From an uncultured Eubacteriales bacterium (GTDB lineage: Bacteria > Acidobacteriota > Aminicenantia > Aminicenantales > Saccharicenantaceae), in the NCBI GenBank assembly GCA_964422165.1, contig CAYQZX010000029.1, positions 24,165 through 88,164 on the forward strand: 64,000 bases of DNA, read 5' to 3'. The first letter of the stretch is position 1; every line of letters starts with the position of its first letter. Positions 47,300 through 55,976 of this stretch are shown here, piece after piece. The translations under genes were made by a program, and so were the position numbers. The notes beneath the pieces are model-generated. The model made no database searches and was not told the origin of the DNA. It saw nothing but the letters and a program-made list of their open reading frames with translations.

Positions 47300-48208
47300 T
47301 TATTTCCTGAGATAAGCCAGAGCCTGCATGGCAGCCACACAGCCTTCTCCCACAGCCGAAGCCACCTGCTGGCTACCACAGGTAACATCCCCGGCAGCAA
47401 AAACTCCCTCAAGGTTGGTCTTTTGATTCCGGTCAACTTCGAGACATTGCCGGTGGTCAAGCTTCAACCCTGCCCTGGTAAAAAGAGCAGTGCTGGGAAT
47501 TTCGCGAAAAATAAAGACTGCTGAGACCGCAAGTTCTTCCAGCTGACCATTTTTTTCCAGGACCACTCTTTCAACCCTTTTTTCTCCTTTTATTTCTCTT
47601 AACTCATACCCTTCCAGCACAATTATTCCCCTCTGCTTCAACTTTTCCAGGTCCGCCAGAAATTCAGGCTTTATTCTACGTCCGGTTACCAACTTGACCC
47701 GGCAGCCTACCTGGTCCAGTTCCAGGACCTCATCGGCCGTCTCCTCCGAAACTCCGTAGGCCATAACCTCCCTCCCCCTGTAAAGAGGGCCATCACAGGT
47801 AGCGCAGTAACTTACCCCCCGGCCGGTAAACTGCTCTTCACCAGGAACCATTTTTTCCCGGGTAAAGGGTTTGCCGGTGGCAATGATCACTGCTTGTGCT
47901 TCAATAAAAGCATTTTTAGTAGTTACGTATTTTGGCTGACCCTCAAGAGCCAGAGCCAGAGCATCTTCGCTCAGGATTTCGGCCCCGTGATGGACGGCCT
48001 GCTCTTTGAATTTTCCCAGAAGTTCTTTACTGTTGATGCTGATAAAGCCCGGGTAATTTTCAATTTCATAACCAATCTCCATTCTGGATGGAGAACGGCC
48101 TTCAAGTACCAGAGTTTTTTTACCGGCCCGAGCCGCATAGAGGGCAGCCGTCAGTCCAGCTGGCCCGGCTCCGATTATCAAAATATCAACCTTCAAGTTT
48201 TTTATCAT
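47300..48208 (-). CDS. trxB: thioredoxin-disulfide reductase
   Basis: 302 aa with FAD motif IIGAGPAGLTAA, redox-active CATCDG and GDV. Confidence 0.92.
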   Translation of the reverse strand: MIKNLKVDILIIGAGPAGLTAALYAARAGKKTLVLEGRSPSRMEIGYEIENYPGFISINSKELLGKFKEQAVHHGAEILSEDALALALEGQPKYVTTKNAFIEAQAVIIATGKPFTREKMVPGEEQFTGRGVSYCATCDGPLYRGREVMAYGVSEETADEVLELDQVGCRVKLVTGRRIKPEFLADLEKLKQRGIIVLEGYELREIKGEKRVERVVLEKNGQLEELAVSAVFIFREIPSTALFTRAGLKLDHRQCLEVDRNQKTNLEGVFAAGDVTCGSQQVASAVGEGCVAAMQALAYLRK

Positions 48209-48340
48209 TTTTGCCTCCGACTATTTGTTTTCCATTATCCAACGAGAAATGTCTGACGTCAACCCGAACAGCCGGCCCGGATCCAGGTTTCAATTTTTTA
48301 AGACCTCTTTGCTTTTCTGAGACTACCTCCGTTAAGAAAG

Positions 48341-48363
48341 ATTTTTCCCCACAGGGGAAAATT
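48341..48363. repeat. perfect 10-bp inverted repeat with 3-nt spacer (ATTTTTCCCC aca GGGGAAAAAT)
   Basis: Read directly from the sequence. It lies in the divergent intergenic region between trxB and the 995-aa ORF, so it is not in a terminator position. Confidence 0.6.
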
Positions 48364-48483
48364 AGTAATAAGCCCGAATAACCGCCGGGTCAGTATCTTC
48401 CTGGTTAAACTTAGATAAAAAGTTTGTCTTAAAAGGTCGAATAAGAGAAAATTATTAAGATGTCTTATCCGGAGAGGTAAGAA

Positions 48484-51471
48484 ATGATACATCAGGAGTC
48501 CGAAAAATTAGATTTAACTTCCGCTCTCAGTCTGAGGGCTTTTTCAGGATTTAAGCTTAAAATTTACTATGTATTTTTTCTTTTATTGACTATTTCAGTC
48601 TTACCGGCTGAAGCCCGGCCTTTGGACCTGACAGTCAAGAAAATGGTGCTTGAGGTAAGCTCTGATTCGGGGCTAATAATAAAAGCTCTGACACTTTCGA
48701 ACGGGCAAGAGCTAACACTGAAGACTCCCCTGCCGCTTTTCAGCCTAATAATCTCTGAAAAGCAGGTTTCAAGCAACTCGGTCCAGCCGGAAGGAGGAAA
48801 ACCAGCCAGTCTGACTTTTACAGCCGACGAACCTGCTGGTGAAAACTTAAATTTCCAGCTGACAGAAAGAATAAGAGCTCGCCTCAGCCAAAAAAAATCT
48901 CCTTATCCTGGAATAAGCCTGGTTTTAAGGCTGGAAAACAAAAGTCCGGAAAGCCTCCGTTTGGAAAACCTGGTCCCCCTGGCTGAAGGTCCGGACCGGG
49001 TTTACATCACGGCAGGTTTACCTAACAGATGGCCACACTATCTGAGCCGCACTCTTCTTTACCGTCCGGGCAAAAAGCCCCTGGGCCTGCTTCTTCCCGA
49101 TAACGCCTGGCACCTCGGGTTCTGTGACCTGACTATAGCCCCGGGAATAAACCTGACCGCCTTGGCCCGTCGCGGCCAGAGTGAAAAGGCAGAAATCCGC
49201 CGCTGGGTAGCCACGGTCGAACCCGGGGGGTTTTTAGAATATAACCTCCACTTTGACACTCATTCTGCCGAGATAATACCCTACTCTGGCCTGGCTGAAG
49301 ACCTGCTTTTTCCACCCGAACCCTGGTTCGGCGGTCTACAGATGATGTTTCAGAAGCGTTTTCTTTACGACCTGGAGAAGTTCGACGACCATCTTTATCA
49401 GAGAGAAGACCTGAAATGGGTCAGAAAAGCCTATCTGATGCTGCTGCAGTTTGCCTGGGACCATAACTACTATGACCGGGAAAGGCAGAAATTCACCTTC
49501 TACGAAAGCCTGCTGGCCTGGGATAAACTCATTGGTGGAGTGGACATCTACGCCATCTGGCCGACCTGGCCGCGCCTGGGCCTGGACCAGCGCAACCAAT
49601 GGGATATGTACCGCGAACTACCCGGCGGCCTGGACGAGCTCAAAAAGCAAGTGGCTTTCGCCCACCAGAAAGGAAAAAAGTACTTCATTTCCTACAACCC
49701 CTGGGATGCCAGCACCAGGCCAGAAGAACACCTGAAAGCCATGGAAGAGCTGCTGCGAGAGCTGCAGGCCGATGGAGTCATCCTGGATACTCGGGGAGAA
49801 AGCAGCCGTGAATTCCAGGAAATGGCCGACCGGGTGAAGCCGGGAATTATTATGTACAGTGAAGGAATGGCTGTGCCCCTCAACCTGCCAGGAATAGTGA
49901 CCGGAAGGGTTCATGATGCCTTATATCTCCCCCCACCTCTTAACCTCAATAAATTTATCAAACCTGAAAACGCTATCTTCCGGGTTATTCAGTTAGGTGA
50001 GGGCCGGTTCAGGCGGGAAGCCTCGGTGGCTTTTTTCAACGGTTATGGTAGCGAAATCAACACCATGCGTCCAGGTCGTCCCGAAACCATAGAAGAAGAC
50101 CTGAGGTATTTAGGCCGGACTCTTAAAATCCTGAGAGAAAATCACTCAGCTTTTATCAGCCCTTCCTGGGTTCCTCTCTACCCGGTTCTTATCGACGGAG
50201 TTTGGGCCAATTGCTGGCCGGCGGACAGCAAGATTATTTTCACTGTTTTCAGCCTTAAGCCAGAGGGCTATCAAGGGCCTTTAATCCCGGTCAAAGATGG
50301 CACTGGCTACCATTTCGTGAGCCTCTGGCGGCATGAAGAACTGAAACCAGAAAAAATTGGAGACCAGCTCTATTTGCCGGTAGAACTGGAAGCTTTTTCC
50401 TATCATTATCTGGATACCCGGCTTGAAGGCAGTGTGGACTGCGTGGCTGTCTTGCCGGAAATAATCAAAGCATCACGATACAGGGATAAAATTGCCATTA
50501 AGCTGGCTCAGAAGCCCGCTGGCGGGCGTTTGGTAGTTACCCCGGGAAATCCCTCCTATGAGACTCAGAACGCGTTTTTTCCGGCTTCTGACATTGAGTT
50601 CTCTCTATGGGAAAAATTCAGGGGGAAAGGCGAAAAAATAGTAATTCAGCTATTCTCTCCAGCAGGTGAGCTTCTTGATGAAAAGGTCATTTCTTTGCCC
50701 TTAGCTCTACCTCGTTTGGTAACCAGAACCAGGACTACCCCGCTTTCCGACCGGGCCCCAGAAGGAATGGTTGAAATACCCGCAGGAGAATATGCTTTTA
50801 CTACTATCGGCAATCCCGACGATGCTAACCCAGTCATCCCCTATCCTGAAAAAGCAGAAGGCGAAAAATTTATGATAACCAGATTTTTTATGGATAAATA
50901 TCCGGTAACCAACGCCCAGTACGAGGTCTTCCTGAAAAAAACAGGCTACCGACCGAAAGACCCGACAAATTTTTTAAAACACTGGAAAAACGGGAAACCA
51001 CCCCGCGGACAGGAAAATCATCCGGTAGTCTGGGTCAGCCTGGAAGATGCTGAAGCCTACGCCCGCTGGGCCGGAAAAAGGCTGCCCACAGAAGTAGAAT
51101 GGCAGTATGCGGCCCAGGGTCATGATGGCCGGCTCTACCCCTGGGGAAATGAGCTCGACCCCACCCGCTGCAACCACAAGACCGGGCAGACGACAGCCGT
51201 TGACGCTCATCCAACCGGAGCCAGTCCTTTCGGGGTGGAAGACCTGGTGGGAAATGTCTGGCAGTTAACTGCTGACGTTTATGACAATGGAGTTTATTCT
51301 TATGTAATGATTAAAGGTGGAAGCTATTACTCGCCGGAAGGCAGTATCTGGTATCCAAAAAGCGGACCCCTTCAGCTTAATCGCCAGCAGACTCTGCTGC
51401 TGATTTCCCCAGGGCTTGACCGGAACGCCACAGTTGGCTTCCGCTGCGTCAAGGACGCCGTACAGAGATAA
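48484..51471 (+). CDS. large exported multidomain protein with C-terminal FGE-sulfatase/C-type-lectin-like domain
   Basis: 995 aa with a signal/TM segment LKIYYVFFLLLTISVLPAEA. The central region (..KKYFISYNPWD..GVILDTRGES..IIMYSEG..) looks like a glycoside-hydrolase-like TIM barrel, which is tentative. The C-terminus has MVEIPAGEYAF, FFMDKYPVTNAQYEVFL, HPVVWVSLEDAEAYARWAGKRLPTEVEWQYAA, GNVWQLT and VGFRCV. Confidence 0.7.
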   Translation: MIHQESEKLDLTSALSLRAFSGFKLKIYYVFFLLLTISVLPAEARPLDLTVKKMVLEVSSDSGLIIKALTLSNGQELTLKTPLPLFSLIISEKQVSSNSVQPEGGKPASLTFTADEPAGENLNFQLTERIRARLSQKKSPYPGISLVLRLENKSPESLRLENLVPLAEGPDRVYITAGLPNRWPHYLSRTLLYRPGKKPLGLLLPDNAWHLGFCDLTIAPGINLTALARRGQSEKAEIRRWVATVEPGGFLEYNLHFDTHSAEIIPYSGLAEDLLFPPEPWFGGLQMMFQKRFLYDLEKFDDHLYQREDLKWVRKAYLMLLQFAWDHNYYDRERQKFTFYESLLAWDKLIGGVDIYAIWPTWPRLGLDQRNQWDMYRELPGGLDELKKQVAFAHQKGKKYFISYNPWDASTRPEEHLKAMEELLRELQADGVILDTRGESSREFQEMADRVKPGIIMYSEGMAVPLNLPGIVTGRVHDALYLPPPLNLNKFIKPENAIFRVIQLGEGRFRREASVAFFNGYGSEINTMRPGRPETIEEDLRYLGRTLKILRENHSAFISPSWVPLYPVLIDGVWANCWPADSKIIFTVFSLKPEGYQGPLIPVKDGTGYHFVSLWRHEELKPEKIGDQLYLPVELEAFSYHYLDTRLEGSVDCVAVLPEIIKASRYRDKIAIKLAQKPAGGRLVVTPGNPSYETQNAFFPASDIEFSLWEKFRGKGEKIVIQLFSPAGELLDEKVISLPLALPRLVTRTRTTPLSDRAPEGMVEIPAGEYAFTTIGNPDDANPVIPYPEKAEGEKFMITRFFMDKYPVTNAQYEVFLKKTGYRPKDPTNFLKHWKNGKPPRGQENHPVVWVSLEDAEAYARWAGKRLPTEVEWQYAAQGHDGRLYPWGNELDPTRCNHKTGQTTAVDAHPTGASPFGVEDLVGNVWQLTADVYDNGVYSYVMIKGGSYYSPEGSIWYPKSGPLQLNRQQTLLLISPGLDRNATVGFRCVKDAVQR

Positions 51472-51532
51472 CTGCAGTTAAAAAATTATTCTTCGGGATA
51501 TCTTTAAGACTTTTGGCCAGAAATTCCAGGCT

Positions 51533-51973
51533 TCAGGATTCTTTGACCAGTTCGAAGTTCCTCAGGCCGTTTTCCTCTACTTCCTGCTCATACTTTCGCA
51601 GATACTTATCTTTTTTTTCCAGATACTCCTCCAGGTCGATCTTATCGAGCGGAGTACTGCCAAAATCTCTGACAGCATCCCTTTCAGCCAGCCTATTAAT
51701 CAGTTCTTCCCAGAAGCAGAAGCTGTCATACTCACTGATGAAATCCTGCATGCTTTCTTCAAAATCGTATGAAGGCAGGTATTTGTTTTCTATTTCGTCC
51801 TTTACGGCTTTGTCCTCGAGGCCAGCTTCCTCGGCCCGGGCAAAAATATGAGAAACCACTTCCGAGTATTCTTCCAGATAATCATCGGTCCGGTATGCAT
51901 TGACCATCCAGTTTCCCAGATAAACCAGCTCCAGCAGCTTCTCATACTGGTCTTTACTTAAGGTGATTTCCAT
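51533..51973 (-). CDS. small highly acidic hypothetical protein
   Basis: 146 aa with a good SD (aaaggaga). By hand count 39 residues are D/E and about 18 are K/R. I recognise no motif. Confidence 0.55.
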   Translation of the reverse strand: MEITLSKDQYEKLLELVYLGNWMVNAYRTDDYLEEYSEVVSHIFARAEEAGLEDKAVKDEIENKYLPSYDFEESMQDFISEYDSFCFWEELINRLAERDAVRDFGSTPLDKIDLEEYLEKKDKYLRKYEQEVEENGLRNFELVKES

Positions 51974-52355
51974 GAAATTCTCCTTTGATTAGATGCAAAT
52001 TATTTCTTCAGTATAGAGGAAAAAGCTCTGCATTACAAATCAAGCTGAATTTATTATAAAACTATCTTTTCCACTGGCTAAAGAACCGGAGTGAAATTCA
52101 GTGCGGCAAAATAGCCTTCGGGTCTCTACTACCTGACAGAAAGGACCACCTCTGCTCAGACGCTTAGGCTGATATAAGCTAAATTTTCACCGGAAATTCC
52201 AATCTTTCAAGGCGAAAAATATCTCCCGGTGGCCTTACCAGGCACAATCATAATACCGGTCGGTGAGATAGGATAAGGCTTTGTTATGTCTATTAATAAT
52301 ACAAATCTTAAGAGAGCTCTTAATCCAGAGCTGATTTTGTGAGAAAATTTTTAAT

Positions 52356-53957
52356 ATGAAGTGTTCTTCTAAAGAGAAAAAAGAGAGCCAGCTCGAACTG
52401 ACCCCAGAATTTCGCACCACCCTGGAGATTCTGGAAAATAGTGAGAAATCGGTTTTCATTACCGGGCGAGCCGGAACCGGCAAATCAACCCTTCTGGAGC
52501 ACTTTCGCAACAACACCAGAAAAAAGGTGGTGGTGCTGGCTCCAACCGGAGTAGCAGCCCTTAACGTCGGTGGCCAGACCATCCATTCTTTCTTCGGCTT
52601 CCGCCCCGACATCACCGTAGATCGGGTCAAGAGATTGCCTCCACTTAAACAAACCCTCATCAAAAAACTTGATGCTCTAATCATTGATGAAATCTCTATG
52701 GTCCGGGCGGACCTGCTCGATTGCGTGGACTGGGCCCTGCGCTTAAACCGGGATTTACCAGACCTGCCTTTCGGTGGCTTGCAGATGATTTTAATCGGCG
52801 ACCTCTATCAGCTGCCACCGGTAGTAACCTCAAAGGAAAGGCTGGCTTTTAAGGCTAAATATGATTCACCCTACTTTTTTTCGGCTGAGGTCTTTCAGAA
52901 AGAAAACTTTAACCTGGAATTTATTGAACTGGAAAAGGTTTTCCGGCAGAAAGAGGCTGCTTTTCTGGAGTTATTAAACGCCATCAGAAATCGCTCCATA
53001 ACTGATGAGCAGCTCAAAAAATTAAATGCCCGGTGCCTGCCCGCTTTTTCGCCGCCGGAAGATGAATTCTATATTACCCTGACCAGTACCAATCAGGCTG
53101 CCGACCGGATCAATGAAGAAAAATTAGATAGACTTTCCGGTAAAAGATATCGCTACCAGGGAGTAATTAAGGGAGAGTTTGACTCTGACAGCCTGCCGAC
53201 GGCCGAAACTCTTGCCCTGAAAGAAGGAGCACAGGTTATGCTCCTGACCAACGATCCTTACGACCGCTGGGTGAACGGTAGCCTTGGTCGGGTAGAAGAA
53301 ATCTACCACATTCCAGAAAGACCCGACCTCATCATGGTTCGCCTTCAAAACGACGAGCTCGTAGACGTGGTGCCCCACACCTGGGAGATTTTCGATTTTG
53401 AGTACGACAGGAAGAAAAACAAAATAGTCAGCCGGGTGGTTGGGACCTTCACCCAGTATCCTCTCCGTCTGTCCTGGGCAATAACCATTCATAAAAGCCA
53501 GGGCAAGACTTTTGACCGGGTAATTGTCGACATAGGCCGGGGAGCCTTTGCTCACGGACAGGTCTATGTAGCCCTCAGCCGCTGTACCAGTTTCGAAGGT
53601 CTGGTCCTGAAAAAACCAATCCAGAAATCCCACATCCTGATGGATTACCGAATCGTCAGGTTTCTGACTCAGTTTCAATACCGAAAAGCAGGAGAAAGAA
53701 TCCCGGTAGAAGTTAAAAGGCAGAGAATCAAGGAAGCCATCAAAAAGAGGCAATTGCTGGAAATAACTTACCTTAAACCAGACGATACTAAAAGCCGGAG
53801 GCTGGTTCAGCCAATTTCCGTGGGCAAAATGAAATTCTCAGGTTGCCGTTTTGAAGGTCTTAAGGCCTACTGCTTAATGAGAAAAGAAGAACGCTGCTTC
53901 CGGCTGGACCGGATACTGGAAATCAAAAAAGTCGATAATTCAGGAAAGGAAAATTAG
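52356..53957 (+). CDS. Pif1/RecD-family SF1B DNA helicase with C-terminal WYL-like domain
   Basis: Walker A GRAGTGKST, the Pif1-type motif LIIDEISMVRADLLDCVDWALR, GDLYQLPPV, ITIHKSQGKTF and VALSRCTS are present. The C-terminal LEITYLKPDDTKSRRLVQPISVG...CFRLDRILEIK resembles a WYL fold. Confidence 0.85.
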   Translation: MKCSSKEKKESQLELTPEFRTTLEILENSEKSVFITGRAGTGKSTLLEHFRNNTRKKVVVLAPTGVAALNVGGQTIHSFFGFRPDITVDRVKRLPPLKQTLIKKLDALIIDEISMVRADLLDCVDWALRLNRDLPDLPFGGLQMILIGDLYQLPPVVTSKERLAFKAKYDSPYFFSAEVFQKENFNLEFIELEKVFRQKEAAFLELLNAIRNRSITDEQLKKLNARCLPAFSPPEDEFYITLTSTNQAADRINEEKLDRLSGKRYRYQGVIKGEFDSDSLPTAETLALKEGAQVMLLTNDPYDRWVNGSLGRVEEIYHIPERPDLIMVRLQNDELVDVVPHTWEIFDFEYDRKKNKIVSRVVGTFTQYPLRLSWAITIHKSQGKTFDRVIVDIGRGAFAHGQVYVALSRCTSFEGLVLKKPIQKSHILMDYRIVRFLTQFQYRKAGERIPVEVKRQRIKEAIKKRQLLEITYLKPDDTKSRRLVQPISVGKMKFSGCRFEGLKAYCLMRKEERCFRLDRILEIKKVDNSGKEN

Positions 53958-53967
53958 CCCGGAAAAT

Positions 53968-53987
53968 CTGGCTTTGCTGAAAGCCAG
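53968..53987 (+). terminator. hairpin after helicase stop (CTGGCTTT gctg AAAGCCAG), no U-tract
   Basis: 8-bp perfect stem 11 nt after the stop. It lacks a T-run, so terminator function is uncertain. Confidence 0.3.
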
Positions 53988-54078
53988 TACCGAGAAAACC
54001 AGACCTCAATCCCACACAGCAATAACCTCAATTAAGGAAGTTGACGAATTCTGGGACTGCCGGTAAAATTACCTGCTC

Positions 54079-54735
54079 ATGAAATTTAAGGGCATTATCT
54101 TCGACCTGGATGGAACCCTGCTCGATACCATCACTGACATAACTTTCACTCTGAATCTTGTTTTATCAAGGCACGGCTACCGTCAGTATTCCGAAGCTGA
54201 ATGTAAAAAGATGGTGGGCGACGGAATGGAAGTGCTGGTGAAGAGGGCAGTTCCAGAAATCGCTGACCAGGACCAGGCTATCAAAGAACTGATTGAGGAA
54301 TACAGAAAAGAATACGCTACAACCTGGAAGAGGCACTCCCGTCCCTACCCCGGAGTGGTTGAAGTCCTGGCTGAGCTGAAAAAAGCCGGTTTAAAAACCG
54401 CTGTTTTATCAAACAAATCTCATGAATTCACCGTGCTGATGACCCGTGAGCTTCTGCCTTTTAATTTTGAAATAATCCAAGGTGCTCAACCCCAGCTTCC
54501 GGTCAAACCGGACCCGACCATGGCCAATATTGTTTTACAGGGATTAAGGTTAAAACCTTCAGAAGTGATTTATGTGGGCGATACTTCAGTTGACATGGAA
54601 ACAGCCAGAGCCGCAAGTATCCTGGCGGCTGGAGCCCTCTGGGGTTTTCGAGAAGCCGAAGAACTCCTTCAGAGCGGGGCTCAGATTCTTCTTAAAACAC
54701 CCTATGACCTTCTTCCGGTTGTCCTCGGTGAATAG
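54079..54735 (+). CDS. HAD-superfamily phosphatase (phosphoglycolate phosphatase-like)
   Basis: IIFDLDGTLLDT (motif I), VLSNK (motif II) and VGDTSVDMETA (motif IV) are present. Confidence 0.8.
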   Translation: MKFKGIIFDLDGTLLDTITDITFTLNLVLSRHGYRQYSEAECKKMVGDGMEVLVKRAVPEIADQDQAIKELIEEYRKEYATTWKRHSRPYPGVVEVLAELKKAGLKTAVLSNKSHEFTVLMTRELLPFNFEIIQGAQPQLPVKPDPTMANIVLQGLRLKPSEVIYVGDTSVDMETARAASILAAGALWGFREAEELLQSGAQILLKTPYDLLPVVLGE

Positions 54736-54739
54736 AAGG

Positions 54740-55936
54740 CTAGTACTTCGAATCTTCCCAGTTTGCTCTCAGGCTGTACTGAACTTCCTTTTTAATAAAA
54801 GTGGAGATTTTGTTAAGTAAGGGAGGCTCAAGCTGACCTCCGCTGATAATCTTCTCCAGGGCAAATCGGTCCAGAGTAGAGCAGCTTTCCCACAGGCCGG
54901 CTTCTTTAAGGATTTTTTCCAGATCAAGCCTTTCTGGTTCTCCTGAGGCCGGTATCTGGAGCCGTTCCTGCTTTATTATCCTGACATAGCCCTCGCTGCC
55001 CTGCACCTTGCTCAGGCCTTTTTTCTGAGCATAATCAATTATGGCCTTTTTTAGTTTTTCCAGCTCAGATTCAGTTTCTTTTTTCTTCTTGAGAAAATCC
55101 ACATACCTGTTTACCAGGACCAGGCCATCTTCATTCAGGTATTCTTCGGGTGGGATTTTCGCCAGTATGGCTTCGTGTTTCTTTACCGGGCAAAACTCCC
55201 AGAAAGCACACCACCGGCAGAGCTGGCTTTCTTTCGGGGGAAACTCGGTTTCAGCTTCAATGAGCTTAATCTGTTCAATAAGGCGCTTGCGGAGCTCGGC
55301 CAGTTGTTCTTCGGTTCTCGTAGACGATAGTTCCAGGTCAAAAGCTACATAGTGCCAGACCAGCCTGAATTTCTCAGCCTGAGGCCAGCGCTGCTTAATT
55401 CCAAGCTGATAAATGGCTAATTGCCGGTCACTATCCACAAATTCCTGTCCGGGCAAATAGGAACCAGTCTTGTAATCATGGATTTCGAAAACCCCGTCCG
55501 GAGTCAGGTCAATCCGGTCGACATAACCCAAAAGGCGGTAACGGCCGGTTCCGTCCAGGTCAATCTCAATTTTCTGTTCCAGACCCAGAATGCGGTTCTG
55601 GTTGAACGGGTAGTAATGCCGATAATAATCTTCTATGTACTTTTTGCCCCGCCGGAAATAATCATCAGGGGTAAGCCCATTTTCAATTACCTTAATCCGT
55701 TCGCTAAGGTTTCTCTTCCAGTAATCCTCATAAAAGGCCAGAAGCTCCTCAAGCGGCATAACCCGGTCAGGCAGCTTTGAGTAAAGTTCTTCCATGGTTT
55801 TATGAAAACAGCTGCCCAGAAAAGCCTCTATGTTTTCAAACTCAGCTTTCAGGCGGTCGCGGTAAATCAGCTTGAACTTATGAGGGCAGGTTTCAAAAGC
55901 TTCAAGCGATGAAGGTGAATAATGAGAAGATGCCAT
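54740..55936 (-). CDS. PD-(D/E)XK (RecB/Cas4-like) nuclease with Fe-S cysteines and ~150-aa C-terminal extension
   Basis: SPSSLEAFETCPHKFKL (first Cys), YVDRIDL..FEIHDYKTG (D..D/E-x-K), QLAIYQL (QxxxY) and CRWCAFWEFC (three Cys) are present. ATG 55936 follows a ggggggagg SD; the ORF track starts at TTG 55954. Confidence 0.8.
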   Translation of the reverse strand: MASSHYSPSSLEAFETCPHKFKLIYRDRLKAEFENIEAFLGSCFHKTMEELYSKLPDRVMPLEELLAFYEDYWKRNLSERIKVIENGLTPDDYFRRGKKYIEDYYRHYYPFNQNRILGLEQKIEIDLDGTGRYRLLGYVDRIDLTPDGVFEIHDYKTGSYLPGQEFVDSDRQLAIYQLGIKQRWPQAEKFRLVWHYVAFDLELSSTRTEEQLAELRKRLIEQIKLIEAETEFPPKESQLCRWCAFWEFCPVKKHEAILAKIPPEEYLNEDGLVLVNRYVDFLKKKKETESELEKLKKAIIDYAQKKGLSKVQGSEGYVRIIKQERLQIPASGEPERLDLEKILKEAGLWESCSTLDRFALEKIISGGQLEPPLLNKISTFIKKEVQYSLRANWEDSKY

Positions 55937-55976
55937 TTCCTCCCCCCTTGTCAATTTAATTTTATGCTGTCCGCAA

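Noticed and set aside
51974-52355. 380-bp divergent intergenic region examined for RNase P RNA, SRP RNA, a c-di-GMP riboswitch or a DGR template repeat
   Set aside because: There is no GAGGAAAGUCC-type P4 element, no GGUCAGGUCCGGAAGGAAGCAGC SRP core, and no GEMM ACGCAAAGC element. It bears no resemblance to the 3' end of the FGE-like gene. It is probably just two promoters.
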